The notes beneath the pieces were generated by a model. The model worked only from the letters and a program-made list of their open reading frames with translations. It was not told the origin of the DNA and did not search any database. 64,000 nucleotides of DNA, taken from positions 38,800-102,799 of the forward strand of contig CAXHJY010000180.1 in the NCBI GenBank assembly GCA_964016885.1, written 5' to 3'. How positions within the stretch are numbered: the stretch's first letter is position 1; the number at the start of each line of letters is the position of its first letter. Of this stretch, positions 1 to 13,599 are shown piece by piece. The translations under genes were made by a program, and so were the position numbers. Origin of the DNA: Eledone cirrhosa. Lineage: Eukaryota.

Positions 1-30
1 CAGACCCTCTACCGATACTGCCAATCCACT
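1..30 (-). mobile_element. SINE family A, head fragment cut by the window edge
   Basis: gaccctctaccgatactgccaatccac matches the head of the full copies (e.g. 7119-7306). Confidence 0.7.
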
Positions 31-211
31 ACCTTCGTTAATGTTAACTTATCTGATATTTAAAGAATGGATACAACGAATGGAAAGCTCCTTCCACAGA
101 AGCAATGAAAAATCAGAAGGTCTAAAAATGCAGGATATATGACATATAGCTTGAAACTACTGGTCATATAATTGTTTCTACATTTGGTACAAGGCCAGCA
201 ATTATCCCAAC

Positions 212-700
212 CCGACATTAGCACCAACTGAATATTCGATTATACATAATAGGGTGGGGCAATACATCCACGGAATAATATGCAAACAATATAATGCAGA
301 AAACTGGTATGAACACAAACCACAAATAGTAACTGAGACTGAAGGAGTAACAATCCTTTGGGAAATTACCATTTGCACAGATCGTACTATTAATGCAAAC
401 CACCCTGATATTATAATTAAATATTTTAAAACAAGATCTGCTTACTCATTGATATAACTCTACCGTCTGATAGAAATGTGTCAGCAAAAGAGTATGAAAA
501 ACTTAAAGATCTTGATATTGAGATAAACAGAATGTCAACCTTAAAAACCAAACTATTCCGGTAGTAATAGGAGCAATAGGTGTCATAAAGAAAGGTCTTC
601 AAAAGGTTCTAGAAAACATACCTGATAAACCTAGCATCTATAAAATCCGAAAGATAGCTCAAACAAATACCGCCCACAAACTTCGTAAATGCCTCAAAAC
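212..700 (+). mobile_element. Decayed R4/Dong-like non-LTR retrotransposon, C-terminal restriction-like endonuclease fragment
   Basis: Across frameshifts it reads HNRVGQYIH..ICK..WYEHKP..ILW..TDRTI.AN.PDII..LIDI..P.D.N...KE.EK..IPVVIGAIG, the CCHC/PD-D-xxK REL-type C-terminus of R4-clade elements. Confidence 0.75.
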
Positions 701-739
701 TATCTTATCGACCATCAGGTGATCTTTAGTACCCTAAGA

Positions 740-2310
740 TCTTCTCCTACACCCTTTTTATTCCCTTGGTAATGTTCCTTCCTGTAAAAGAAATATATAT
801 GTCTTCTCCTAAAATATTCCAGTGTTTACCTTCCATATGTTCAGGCATGCTACAGGACGGTAGTTTCCCACAACATTCCCCTTCTATCTTTTTTATAAGC
901 ATTGTTCTTTCTGTTACCATCCATGAAGGAGCTGCACCTCGCTGGATACATTCATTCAATTGAGTTACCAGTCTTTTATGAACCGCATTCCATCTCTTCA
1001 ACCAAAAGCCATGGATCCCATTTGGACGGGAAGCTTTCCAGTTTGGTACCTTGGTCACTTGATTCTTCACATCAATTGTGCTTATGGTAATTCTTCTCTG
1101 TCTATTTCCTCCTCGGAATTCTGTCATGATGGTGTCTATCCATTCGGTACCCCTTCTATGCGTTTCCCTATATCCCATTCCAGAATTCCTTGGCCTGGTT
1201 AGCATTAGGAACAGCATCCTTCCCATTGTTTCTTTCCAAAGTACGAAAGAATTGTTTTCGATGACTGTGGAATAGTCTATTCTCCTCGAACTGCTTATTT
1301 CTGTTCACATATCTTCTTATCTTCCGGCTTTTTGACATAATCCTGTTTTACTTGTTCCATTAATGTATAAAATCTATTCTTCCATATTTTATACTCCATA
1401 TCTAATATCTCTCCATCGGTCTTTAATTCGTTTTCCATGTTTCTTTAAATGATTGCTCAATTTTACTTAGATCTTGCCTTAACTGCATTATGTCATTTCC
1501 AATGCGGTTTTTCCACTGTTTGTTTTGCTTCACTCTGCTTTGTTTTCGTTAGTTGTAATTTTTTCTCAACAAGTAGTGTATTAGCTCGGATAAGGTTTCT
1601 TGTTAACATTATGTCCTCTGTCTGTTGGTATGACAACAGTTATAGTTTTTGTAATTTAATACATCTTACCATCTACCCTTCTCATATTCATCGGGTTTTT
1701 TTCTTCAGGGGCCTGCATCAAATACATAAGCCGTCTTTGTAATGCAAGTAATTCATCATCAATTGGCTCCCTACTCTTGTAAAACCATCCTCAGCAGTAT
1801 AAAGCTTTAGTCTATAACCTTCCTCGTCAGCAGTCCTAACATTCTCATCATAATTTTATTTCCCTCTCTGACTTCAACTGTAGAAACGACTTCAGTTTCT
1901 ACTATCACCTCCTTTTGTTGCTCATCTCAAAGTTCCTTTGAAGGTTCACTAATCCGAAGTAGTTCTACCACAGTTAACCAACCCTTCCTCCTAATCACCC
2001 TCATTTGTTTAATTAGTTTACTTTCTAACACTAAAAACATTGGACTTTTGGATGGGAAAGGACAAAGTACGTCGCCCTGCTCCACGGCTTCCCTCCATTT
2101 TTGTTCTTTCATGACATTCAATGAGTGTAACGTTCTCTTCCTCCGTCCACTTGTGTCTAGATGTGCGCACTTGTGTCTTTTGTGTGATTTGTTAACGACC
2201 GGCCAGAGTCATATCATGTTCCCTGTTAAGGAAGGCTCCAAACACGCTGGGCGAGAGACCTTCACTGAAATTGGTTCCAAATTCATTCACACCGTTGATT
2301 ATTTCATTAT
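740..2310 (-). mobile_element. Decayed R4/Dong-like retrotransposon, N-terminal region and start of RT
   Basis: The minus strand gives RHKWTEEENVTLIEC (about 2160-2115), QMRVIRRKGWLTVVEL, and PNWKASRPNGIHGFWLK...PSWMVTERTMLIKK..GNYRP (RT domains 0-2), with stops and frameshifts. Confidence 0.7.
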
Positions 2311-2529
2311 TGTTTTGCATCATATTTCCATGAGAGTGGTTTATGGGCTTTATTTTCCCATGAGTTTTGTTAAAATACCATTTCTATATAACCTGCCTTG
2401 CCAGGCTAAAGAGTAGTTTTATAATAATAATTATTGTTATCATTATTGCCATTAAAATAATTATCATCATTACCATTATTATGTCATGAATATCAATACA
2501 AAGTAATAGAGAATTGCTATGAACATGTG

Positions 2530-2870
2530 ACTTGTAAAGTACTGCAGGAAGATGGGATAGCAGCGATATTCTGAGATAATGATTTGTAGACTGATAGCGT
2601 AATTGAGCATTGCCAACGGTATAGTGTCATTTTGAACGTGAAAGACAAATACTGTCAGATCATAGACGTAGCCATACCAAATGACACGAATATTGTGAGT
2701 AAAGAGGTTGGAAGAAGATTACCAAGTACTCCAAATTGAAAGTGGAGATGGCAAGACTGTTTGGAATGCGAGAGGGTAATGTGAAAGTAATACCAGTTTT
2801 AATCGGGGTATTAGAGTTATTCCAAGATTTCTTAAAACCGTTGGGAATACCATACAAAAACATGTGTGAT
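2530..2870 (+). mobile_element. Second R4-like REL endonuclease fragment
   Basis: Reads IIDVAIPNDTNIVSKE..KITKYSKLKVEMARLFG..VKVIPVLIGVL, homologous to 212-700. Confidence 0.65.
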
Positions 2871-3630
2871 TCATAGTTATATTTAAAACTGGGTATGGAA
2901 AAATATTTCAAGGCGTTTCAATATTGTTTAATTTACACAATGAATACTTGTATAAGGCAAAGCGGCAGATTCGCTAGAGTGGCGGATCAAAATGCTCTCT
3001 ACGCTCAAATCCGAGGTAAATCCTTCCTCTCATCTTTTCGATAGATACAGTATAAGTGCGCTGGATTTGGGAAATTTTTAGAAAAATTAGTGATCACGTA
3101 ATAAATAGAATGTGGTGAAATTCAAACATGCTTTCTAATTCATTATATATATATATATATAATTTGTAGGAAAATAGAAAAACTTGGAGCGGCGTTGGGT
3201 AAAACATTACTTCGAAGGATAGAAATCAGTGGTTCGATGTGAGTTGACTCATAGAATTGATAAGAAGGAAGAAATAAAATGGACGAGAAGAGATCACAAA
3301 CATTAAAATACGCTCATAAGATTTCAGACCACCTGCAGTTTCAACGATTTACCTGAAATTACTGCGAAGAATAGGTGGCTCGTAACAACGAAGAAATAAA
3401 TATCTTCATAGGACATTGGCTAGAAGTTTGAATGGTTGTTTGAATATGTTGGGTAAATTTCCTGATTCTACAGAAACTTTATTTTCTGGGCACAGCAAGA
3501 ACCATACGAAAGGTGTGTGGTACTTTCGACTACAGAAGACAGCTTGATATCTTGCAATCCAAATAGTAACAGAGGAACAACGAAACATTGAATAAAGAGA
3601 AGAAAATAATAATCATAGTAATGCACCTAC

Positions 3631-3870
3631 CTTCAGAGCATGGTTGTCAATATCGGAGTATTTGTCACGGTTAAAGATTTCCTTTTTGGATTTAGATGTC
3701 GGATATGGTAATATGTCTCCTTTATCATCATGTGGTAGTGGAATTGCCAGAGTAGCACATTTTCTCTGGACTTCGGCAAGCAACTGTGGAGTAGGTTCCT
3801 TCTCGGAATACCTGTATCTACTCAATTCGCTCTTCACACGAGCTAAATATTCACCTTTGGGAACCACCAT
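3631..3870 (-). CDS. Probable coding exon of a host gene, hillarin/kyphoscoliosis-peptidase-like (transglutaminase-like family) N-terminal region
   Basis: Non-repetitive 80-codon frame MVVPKGEY...PYPTSKSKKEIFNRDKYSDIDNHALK. Polypyrimidine acceptor ctctctctttctctcgttccAG ends at 3921, the start context is aaaATGG, and a phase-0 donor AAG|GTAGGT follows at 3630. The family call rests on remembered resemblance of the KKE.F....IDxHA motif. Confidence 0.5.
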
Positions 3871-4027
3871 TTTTGATATTTGTCTTTATCAGTTTGTGGA
3901 GTAATATGGAGGAATATTTCCTGGAACGAGAGAAAGAGAGAGTAATTATACTAGAATCAAAACCCTGGCAAATTTTGTATACCATTAATAATCAAAAGAA
4001 CATACGCAGATACCTACCTACATACCT

Positions 4028-4104
<77 letters not shown>

Positions 4105-4860
4105 CTAGCAGAATGGCCCGGCGTTGCTCGGGCTTCTAAACATAGATTGGCATGTTTATCCTTCCTTTCTGAAACAGTACAGAGAAGTACGGAATACCTC
4201 GGCCTGGGGATAGTGTCTACATTTTGTGCTTACAGAAAAAACTCGTCGTAGATTACCAGGGGTTTAACTTAATTGGGTGCCTGAGAGTAAAATGTGCAAC
4301 CCACGAAAGCCAAGACATTCTACAAACCGAACATGTATTTATTGTATTTATTGTGCTATGGTACAATGAAAGTTACAGAGCAGTAAGCATGTGGGACTGG
4401 ACTGCAGTGGTGGAGAGCATGAAGGAATTTAGTTGGATGCTTTTAAGGTTACAAAAGATCTACCCAAGCTGATATAGACCGAACTGTTATATCGGATGCC
4501 GAACGCTCCGGAATTACTATTGGGGTCACCATCAACAATTTCAAGAGATGTACGTTTAAGTAGGGATAATATAGTCTATAAAGAGAGGTAACTCTTTCAA
4601 AATACTAAAGAGTTGTCTCTCTTGAACATTGTAGACAAAATTGCCGAACTGACAAAAAGGGCTTAAAGCTTTAGTGAAAAAAAAATCCTTTAACAACAGA
4701 AAATTGAAAAATAAAAGCTGCAGTTAATATCTTTAGACCGCAAGGAATATATAAATGCAAGTTTGGAATCAATCGGAATATAAATGTGGATTTGTATAGA
4801 CTTTCAAAAATTAGGACACACACACACACAGACAACTTCAGTTTTATATATATGTATAGA
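4105..4860 (-). mobile_element. Non-autonomous Helitron (756 bp)
   Basis: Minus strand starts TC (4860-4859) and ends CTAG (4108-4105), inserted between A and T. Subterminal hairpin gcccg-gcgttgct-cgggc at 4116-4133 and an internal (CA)n near the 5' end. Confidence 0.75.
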
Positions 4861-4879
4861 TATAGCGAAAGAGAGAGAT

Positions 4880-5009
4880 GGGGCTGTATTTATTTGTGTC
4901 TGCGGTGCTGAGACAGGAGAGGCCCCTAATCACAGGAGTACTCAATGCATGGGGAGATGCAGAGTGGGTACAGAGAACGGTAAAATCGGCGCCAAGCGGT
5001 TTCGGCTTA

Positions 5010-5010
<1 letters not shown>
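4880..5010 (-). repeat. Penelope pLTR-like fragment, same family as 35650-35894
   Basis: Shares gtactcaatgca-ggggagatgcagag and caagc-gt-tcggctt with 35700-35795. Contains the 3' half of a hammerhead motif and abuts (TA)n. Confidence 0.55.
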
Positions 5011-5063
<53 letters not shown>

Positions 5064-5289
5064 CTTTCACCAGTCATTGGACAATAGCCAAAATAGGACG
5101 TCAGTTTCTATGGTATAGTCATTTATATTCAATCCAGCATTTCATACTTATCGGTTTCGAAAACATAAAAGCAAGGTCTCCCAGAGCAGGATTTGAACTC
5201 AATATAAAAATAAATAACTAAACACCACAAGATATTTTCCCGAATCTCAACGGATTCTACCATCCACTGATCTATAAGTGTATGCATTA

Positions 5290-5610
5290 GGTCTCCGCTG
5301 GTTCCTACGACGGGGGTTATAAATGTTGATCAATGTAATAGTATGTTTGTAAATCTAACATGCAAGTGGCAAAACTACCCAGAAACACGTGCACCTTTAA
5401 CACATTTCTCAGGGAAATTCGGCAGCAGACAATGTGTACCACAAATAGCAGTTTGAATTTTAAATGCAACTAATTTTCTCCATCTGAATGGACTAAAAAT
5501 ATCTGAAAAAATGTGTCTTTCTCAAATACACTACGTGCTAGCTAGAATTGAACTCACAGACATAGGCTCGTAAGTCGAACACTCTAACCATTAAGCTACA
5601 TGCCTTCACG
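5290..5610 (-). mobile_element. Diverged SINE family B
   Basis: Reverse-complement similarity to 20476-20780 (gaaggc head, gagttcaattc B-box-like motif). Confidence 0.45.
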
Positions 5611-7118
5611 CTTCTCATAGATCAGCACCACTACCATCACACACTCACACACACACAGACAGACGATTCTAAAGCACTACATCTGTTTTCATGTAATGCA
5701 AATATGTAAAACATTTGTTAATTATACATCTCTTCCAGTGTTTTAGTGACCGGTTCGTTCCATTTTATAGATGAGAAAATTCGGCTTTTTGGAGTTAAAG
5801 GACAAAGACCGCAAAGCATACTATTAATTCAGCCAACAGTGACTACTGTTACACAATATTTTAGTTTAGTTTAGTCTAGTCTCATAACCTATCATCATTA
5901 GTTGTGTTATCACTGAAGTTCCAGTGATACCCAGGGAGAGAAATTCAGCATACATAGACATTTTTAGGGCCTCCGCGACTGATGGGAGGAAGGGAGGAAG
6001 TTATACTAGAGACTGTGATTGAATGCTTGCAAGAGAGTGAAGTCTGCTAAACTTAGCTAAGTACCAGATGATAAATGCTAAACTGAGCGACAGATTAAGT
6101 CGACGCCCCAAAAAAGTTCAGAACAACAAAGTTGGAACGAATATCACAAGGTATCTTGGCTGACACTCGAACAATTTTACCAATCCACTTCCTGGACCAT
6201 TGCTATATCTTTTCGACCCCCCCCCCCCCCTCCCTCCCCATAAAAAAAAATAGAAGGCAAAGGGAGACTGAACAAAGAGTGAAGGAAATATGAAATATGT
6301 TGGGTCGAATGAATTGACCAGGGATATATTTTATCTAGTGATTAAAAACAAAGCTTACGTCTGCAGGGTTTGAACTCAGAATGTAAATAACCGAAATTAA
6401 TAGAGTAAGTTATTTAGCCAAACTCTATATTACTTCTTTCGTTCAACCGCTTTCAACGATGAACGCATGAAGCTAACATGTTTTTTTTTCTTTTATAAAG
6501 GAACATTTATAAACGTCTTTCGTACAACCCAATATATCACATACAGTGTTTGTAGGTCAAAACCTGTCATTGGCTACAGGTCGCAATACATCAATGACTA
6601 CGGGTCACATTATATCATCGTTTGTAGTTTGTAATTTATCCTCATTTGTATGTTATACTGTATGAAATTATATTTGATAATACACCGTAATATGTCTTCT
6701 TAGATTATTGTGATTTCCTTTTCTTTGTGTATTCTGTAAGCAATATCAAATAGCAATTTACTCATTAACACAGCTTATCTTGGATCTCACGCCCAAAACA
6801 TTTTCAGGTAAAAAGGAAATGAAGTGAATACCATGTTTAGACAGCTACTTGTTCAAATATTTACTAAAGGTGTTGCGCTACTATAGACACTCCTTTAGCA
6901 ATATTATCAGCCGTAGATTAGGAGCATATCCTTTATCGATATGAATCGTAGCAGGTGGGATGGCCGAAACAGTACGCGAATTGATACAGCGAAAAAGTAA
7001 AACAAAACACAAAGTAGATTTGATGTCTCCCTAAACCCTTTCTCATTAAGTTATTTAAGATATCGTCAATGCTCCTGGAACTCTGGCCAAGACATAAAAG
7101 AGGTACACCACAGTCATT

Positions 7119-7306
7119 GGTGGATTGGCAGTATCGGTAGAGGGTCGAACGCCATGCTTTGACGCATAGAGTTACGGCCCTTTCCAATCTGAGTTAAAAT
7201 CCCGCCAAGGTTAACTTTGCCTTTCATCCTTACGTGGTCGATAAAATAAAGTACCAGTAATGCACTGGGTAATTGCTGGCCTTGTGCAAAAAGTAGAAAC
7301 AATTAT
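7119..7306 (+). mobile_element. Full-length tRNA-derived SINE family A
   Basis: A-box-like tggcagtatcggtagag, B-box-like gagttaaaatccc, central gcctttcatcct..gtcgataaaataaagtaccag (Nin-domain-like) and tail ggccttgtgcaaaaagtagaaacaattatt. Many copies in the window. Confidence 0.85.
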
Positions 7307-7427
7307 TTTTACGAAATCACTATTCTGTGGAAATAGGGATTTTGGAACGCAGATGGTTATCGTCAAGGTGAGATGTGGAAGATAACACCATAATTTAGTG
7401 TTGTTGAAAATAGATTTCATGAAAATA

Positions 7428-7640
7428 ATTATTCTAATTTAGGCACAAGGCCAGCGACATGTGGGAAGGGGCAAGTCGATGATGTCGGCCCCAGAACTTA
7501 ACTTTTACTTCATTTTATCGACCTCGGAAGGATGAAAAGCAAAGTTGACCTCAGCGGGATTCGAACTCAGAACATAAATGGTCGTAACTAAGTGATGCAA
7601 AGTATTTTTTCCAACGCTCTAACGATGTAGCCCACCCAGT
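7428..7640 (-). mobile_element. SINE family A, longer subfamily
   Basis: ttatcgacctcggaaggatgaaaagcaaagttgacctcagcgggattcgaactcag core. Confidence 0.75.
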
Positions 7641-8618
7641 ACACAACATTTCGTGAAAATAATGAGTGAGAAAGCAAATTGTTAAGTTGATGGTATATCG
7701 AACATCTTATCAGAGCTGTAACAGTTCGTATCCTATCAGAGGCATTACATATTCAGGGTAACCCAGATATTTACACTCGCAAATATAAATGAAGTACAAC
7801 AGAAGTATAATTCACCGCCTTAAGCTGCAACACCACGGGAAAATTGACCACCATTTATTTATTCTTTTTTATAGATTATCAAACTGAATTCAAATCATAC
7901 TCGTGAAAAGCTTCCCACGATAGACCAGCGCCCTATCGAAAAAAATACTTATCGTTTATCTGTATAAATCTACAGATAAGCAAAGATCTTATGGGGCGAT
8001 GTTTCACAGGAAAGCACTCTAACAGAAATGAAAGAATTTTCCTCTATTGTCAAATTACCTCAAAGTAAATATAGACTTCAAACTTTTGGCAAGTATAATT
8101 TTGGCCCTACAATTTTGTTTCTTTATACATATGGCTGTAGCGATAAAGGTTGTGTGGTGGACGCGACTGAAAGGACTAGAGATAAACACTTCGACCAAGC
8201 CCTCATCAACTTTTTCAAGTCCCATTTCGAAAGGAAGATGAGGATTGAGAAGCAAGGGTTGCCCCCCGCCCCTGTACATTTTTCATTTTAAATGTGGGTG
8301 AATGTAGAGAGGTTGGCCCGTCCGAATGAATGGGCGTACTCTGAGCATACACTTGTACTCTGGAGAGTTCAGAGAGGAGAGGGGGGACCATCCGAGGGTG
8401 CTCTTGGTGATTAATGTAGTTTCGGATCTGTGGGGTTCTTAGGTTTCCCTTAGGCGATGCTCCCTCCCTAGTGGGGAATTCTGTTGTCATTTATTATTGT
8501 TATTTATTACCTGTTTTCCTTTTTTTTTTACACGTTTTAAGTAAATCCACACTGTCCCTGTTCTTTTGTATTTTCCTTTATGTTCCAGCTCTTCTAGCCG
8601 ATAAAATAACAATAATAA

Positions 8619-9278
8619 TAATTGTTTCTACTTTTGGCACAAGGACAGCAATTACCCAGTGTACTTTATTTTATCGACCTCGTATGGATGAAAGGCAAAG
8701 TTAACCTCCACGGGATTTGAACTCAGAATGGCAAGGGCCATAACTCTATGCGTCAAAGCATGGCGTCCGACGATCTACAGATACTGCCAATCCACCGGTT
8801 TCTAATATAGGCACAAGGCCAGAAATTTATGGGGAGGGGAAAGTCGAAGAATTCGACACCAGTACGTTACTGGTACTTTATCGACCCGTAAAGATGAGAT
8901 TGATTTTGCCTTTCACCCTTCCGAAATTGATAAAATAAAGCACTAGTAATATATTGGGGCCGATTTAATCAACTTTCCCCTTTCCAAATATTGCTGGCCT
9001 GGTGTCTATAGTAGAAATCATAATTATTATTAAACTTAACACAACTAAAGAGGACTTCAGGAATCACTGGAACTGGCCTCTATTTTCTTTTCAAAATAAT
9101 TGTTTCTACTTTTGGCACAAGGCCAGCAATTACCCAGTAAATTACTGGTACTTTATTTTATCGACCCTCGTAAGGATGAAAGGCAAAATTAACCTCGACG
9201 GGATTTGAACTCAAACCGTAAAGGGACGTAACTATGCTAGAAAGCATGGCGCCCGACCCTCTACCGATCCTGCCAATT
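8619..9278. mobile_element. Cluster of SINE family A copies (8619-8796 -, 8797-8900 - partial, about 8900-9020 +, 9097-9278 -)
   Basis: Repeated SINE core and tail sequences in both orientations. Confidence 0.8.
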
Positions 9279-10289
9279 CGAAATAATGATAATTAGGAAG
9301 AGACTCGGTAAATGCGTATATTTAAATCTAGTTGTTTTTTTTAAACTAATTAACTGTTCTGTTATGCGTAGTAAGTGTGTCTATTTTTAGTCCACCTAAT
9401 TACTTTGATTATGACTTGTTGCCTCCAATTTCTCTAAAATAAACAAAGGTATGAGCAAGTTCACTAGACTAAATCAACTTGTGCCAATATTCCGAACAAA
9501 TGTTTGTACTTTGTTTTATACAAAAATATATTATTCTGCTATGGTCTACGCATATAACGCTTTAAATATGGAACGAAATTAAAGACACAATCTGTTTATA
9601 TACTGTATTTACCTTATTCGTAAGACAATTGACTGATAAAATACGGAACTAAATCAAAGGCATAATATATTGTTTCTACAGCACTTACATAATTAATATT
9701 ATCCGTAAGACAACTGATAATTAAACATTTTAAAGTATGTATGACACATTACTGGTATAACTTTATAAGTCATAACTCGGTGAAGCAGCTATTATACTTC
9801 GTTCGTTTCAATTGCGAGTTCAAGTGCAGTCATATGTACTTCTGTTTGATATGAAAATGAGGATGTAGTGCAAATTATTAAAACTCGCCAAAGCATTACC
9901 AACGTAGAAGTGTCGTAGAAGAATGTTTTAGAATGAATGTGAGTTTAATTTAATTCCATGGTTCTTATTATTTACTCTTTGACGTAAAGATGAAGGGACA
10001 AAGAATATAGTTCTGAAGGATGTTCTGTCTTGAGACACTTTCAACATTACCCATGTGAACTTCCTAACATCTCAAAAATAAAACACTAAAGAAAAAATAC
10101 AATTCCCAAAGAAATTATACTATTCATGATAATCAATAAACTGCACAATGTTCTGAATGTTTAAATAACCGTGATAATTCCACGAGTATGCATCAAAATC
10201 GTAAAGATAGTAAAATAACAGCAGTCAATAGACTGTGCTGTTGTGTTATCTCACTATTAAATCCCGTCAAGGCGAGTCAAGGAGAGAAC

Positions 10290-10620
10290 ATTTACATGAC
10301 CGCTCAACCTGCTAAAAATAGTAGCCAAATTACTCTCAAATAACGCGTCAACCTCTGCTAAAAAAAAGATGGGTAAACAGGATAATGTAATCACAGATAC
10401 GGTTAATTAATAATAAATCTACAATTTACCAAAACCAAAATTAGATGTTGTGTAGCCCCAGTTCATTCTAGATTGAACGGAACTTTATCGAATATGTTCC
10501 AGTTGTAACCATTGTAACGAGAAATACATTATCAAATTACTCTTTTGAGTTTTTTTAAGATCATGGTATTATAATTACAGACACGTTTAGCTAATTCGAA
10601 GGAGATTTAGATTGAGTGTA
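10290..10620. repeat. Old dispersed repeat, two opposed partial copies; related copies near 18670-18850, 21520-21665 and 27000-27170
   Basis: Shared motifs gctcgacctgctagaa-tagcagccaa and ggataatgta recur at these loci with high divergence. Confidence 0.45.
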
Positions 10621-12900
10621 GTCCTGGTCTTTGCCATGAACCTTACAATTTAATTTGAAAATAATAATCATTAGGCGAGACACATTCTATGTCATATGTT
10701 ATATTTGTAATTATGAAATTAAATTTTAACTTTCAATGTATTAACAGCTTATAATAATCAGAAGTTTGTCCCGGTTAAATTCTCATAGGACATGGTTTTG
10801 CTTAAAAGCTAAATTCAATTCATTTCGTATTCCTCCCTGTTAATGTTGCGAAATGCATATAAGTCACACCTTTTCACTTGCTCTTATATATTTGAGAAGA
10901 GATTCTGATACATTGCCCTCACATGATGTATTTCGCCTGGGATATTTTCAGCTGATCGACCAGGAAAATAACACCAGCCATCTCTCTCTTTCTCTGTTTC
11001 ATTCGTAGCTAGTATAATCTAATACGAGTGTAATATAGAAACTACGTAATACGACGGCCGCAGCTAGATGGCGTCATTCACTTGCATACCAGTAATTAGT
11101 GATGGCTGCTTGCTGTTTTTCCGGAATCGACAAAGGGCGTGGTTTGAAGGACGTGTTTTAGTTTTACTTTGCCTGGTGCTGAATGGCTCTGATGTGTGGA
11201 GTTGGATAGCATTAGATTGATGTAAATTTGTTTACTTTCAAGTTAAGGCAATTGACGGTCTTAGTAATATATGTCCATATAGCTGCCGATTAGTTCTGAA
11301 TGGCACAGATCTCATAACTGGGAGTAAGGAAACAGAATGTGAAATTAGCTTACTGTTGCTGATTTTCAACGATTAGTGTGTTTGGTCAGAATAAATATTG
11401 AATCTCATAGAGGTTTCAGCTTTATGTGACAGCATTTTAGGACATTAATTAGCAGTAGTACTAACAGAGCGCGATTCATAATATGAAATCATATACAATA
11501 AGTGTGTATAACAAAGATATGGTATAAGTCACATCTACCTCAGAAGTCGTGTGAGAACGCCAAACCTTAGTGTGTTTATTATACATAAACATATCGTACG
11601 TGCGTTCATATACATCTCTGTTATTAATCCTGCTGTGTTAGCTCTGCTGCTAAGTAATATAAGCCCGTCAAGTCTGCCCTATATGCAAATGAACAATTCC
11701 TTAAATGTACCATCTGCAAAATTTATATATTTTACCTCAGTACCGAATGTGTTAACGTCACTGAAGATGGATACTTGCACTAGAAAACTAGTATTTGGAG
11801 TTCTCACATAGATACTAAGGTAACTGTGGCAGCTCTGACAACTTTAAATACCCATAGCGTGACTTATATATGTTTATTATACATATACATCAACATATTT
11901 TATATTCTTCCATATATACCTGTATTGTGATCTTAAGCATGATCAATCACATTTACGCTTCATTGTATATTTATAACCTTGAAACGGCATAAGATGTCAT
12001 TATTTGCAATTTTACGCCCCATTATATTTGAAGTATAAATTCCTTTAGGTCGCCTATGAAATATATGAAATATGAACTGAGGTCAATTTAACCCTCTTGA
12101 AAACCTCTGTCGCCTAATAAAACCAGTTGATAAACAACTTTGATCAATAGTTAGCGGCTTTGTGGGATGCAATTGTTGCCGACTAAATATATCCTCAACC
12201 AACACTATAATGTTATTAATGCAATGTAACTTACATACATAAATCACTGTCTGTTCTACTAGAACCAGTTTACCTAGTTGTAAACCCTTGTCATGTGTAG
12301 GTCAAGCTTTTTCCTGCAAACCGGTTGTCTAAATATTTGTAGTATATGTCTCTAACACTTACAGCATTGTATATATGCTCTGTATTTAGCAACTTATTCT
12401 AATGTGAAGCATAATATACAGAACGACATACTCTCTTCGGAAATTATTAAATCAATTTTCTTGAGATGTGTCGCCGTTAAATTCAGAAAAAAAGAAATTA
12501 TCATAATACCCCCTATATATTGTTCAGGAAATTTAATCTCTAACACATCTCTACTTGTTTTGGTATCATTTTTTTAAAATGCGGCGATGTACTCCCGTTT
12601 GGTTAACAAACACAGATACACGCGCGCGCGCTCACACATATACACCCACTTATATACATATAAATACATACATACCGACCGTAGACACCGTACTCTTCAT
12701 ATATATATGTGCGCGTATTTTCTTTGTGTTGTATGGTTTAACTAATAGGTAGCTGAGTTTGTGATCAAGTCATTCTGATCAGCAGATCCTGGTTTAATAA
12801 GCCAAAGCCACTCAACTTCATGTGTATCGTTCATCATGTATGTGGTATCTCGGGGGGGGGGGGGGGTTTACAAGAGTTAAATACAACAATGATAAACATG

Positions 12901-13200
12901 AGGAGGCCGGACTCCAATAACTCCCTTTATTGTTGCATATTATGTATTTCTGTGGCCGAATTAATGATAAGGAGACTGGTGATAACATAGCTAGTTCGGC
13001 TGTCTCCGTATCATTAATTCTTTGATTTTGTTCATATTTTTGCCGAGCCCCAGTGAGGATTACTTAACTAAATTCATTATGTTTATACCATCTGATGAGG
13101 TCGCCGATTGTTTTGTGCAATGGTCTGATGACGTAGATTATTCGGCCACAGGAATATGTATTATGCAACAATTAATAGAGTTATTGGAATCAGGCCTCCT
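12901..13200. mobile_element. MITE-like element with about 60-bp imperfect terminal inverted repeats
   Basis: aggaggccggactccaataactc...tttctgtggccgaat mirrors attcggccacaggaa...gagttattggaatcaggcctcct. Confidence 0.6.
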
Positions 13201-13306
13201 TTTGTTTTCTATTGAAATACACACACACACACTATATATATATATATATATGCATATATATATATATGTGTGTGAGTGTGTGTGTTTATACATATATATA
13301 TAATAA

Positions 13307-13473
13307 TAATTGTTTCTACTTTTGGCACAAGGCCAGAAATTTATCCCAGTGTATTACTGGTACTTTATTTTATCGACCCCGTAAGGATGAAAGGCAAAGT
13401 TAACCTCAGCGGGATTTGAACTCAGACCATAAAGGGCCGTAACTCTTTGCTGCATAGGATGGCGTCCGACCCT
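13307..13473 (-). mobile_element. SINE family A
   Basis: Near-identical core to the other copies. Confidence 0.8.
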
Positions 13474-13599
13474 CTATAATAATAATAACAATTATTATTA
13501 TTATATAGATGTATAGATAGATGTATATAAATGCGCACACAAACACATGGTTAGTTCGAGAAGAGACAGGATGTAGCTTGTAAGAGGAATAAATAGGGA

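Noticed and set aside
7119-7210. tRNA gene (A and B boxes)
   Set aside because: No cloverleaf. It is the tRNA-derived head of a multi-copy SINE.
8185-8215. Hammerhead-like TTGATGA...GAAG on the minus strand
   Set aside because: Several core mismatches and weak stems, not distinguishable from chance.
13085-13135. Two CTGATGA heptamers
   Set aside because: No downstream GAAA with a pairing stem II.
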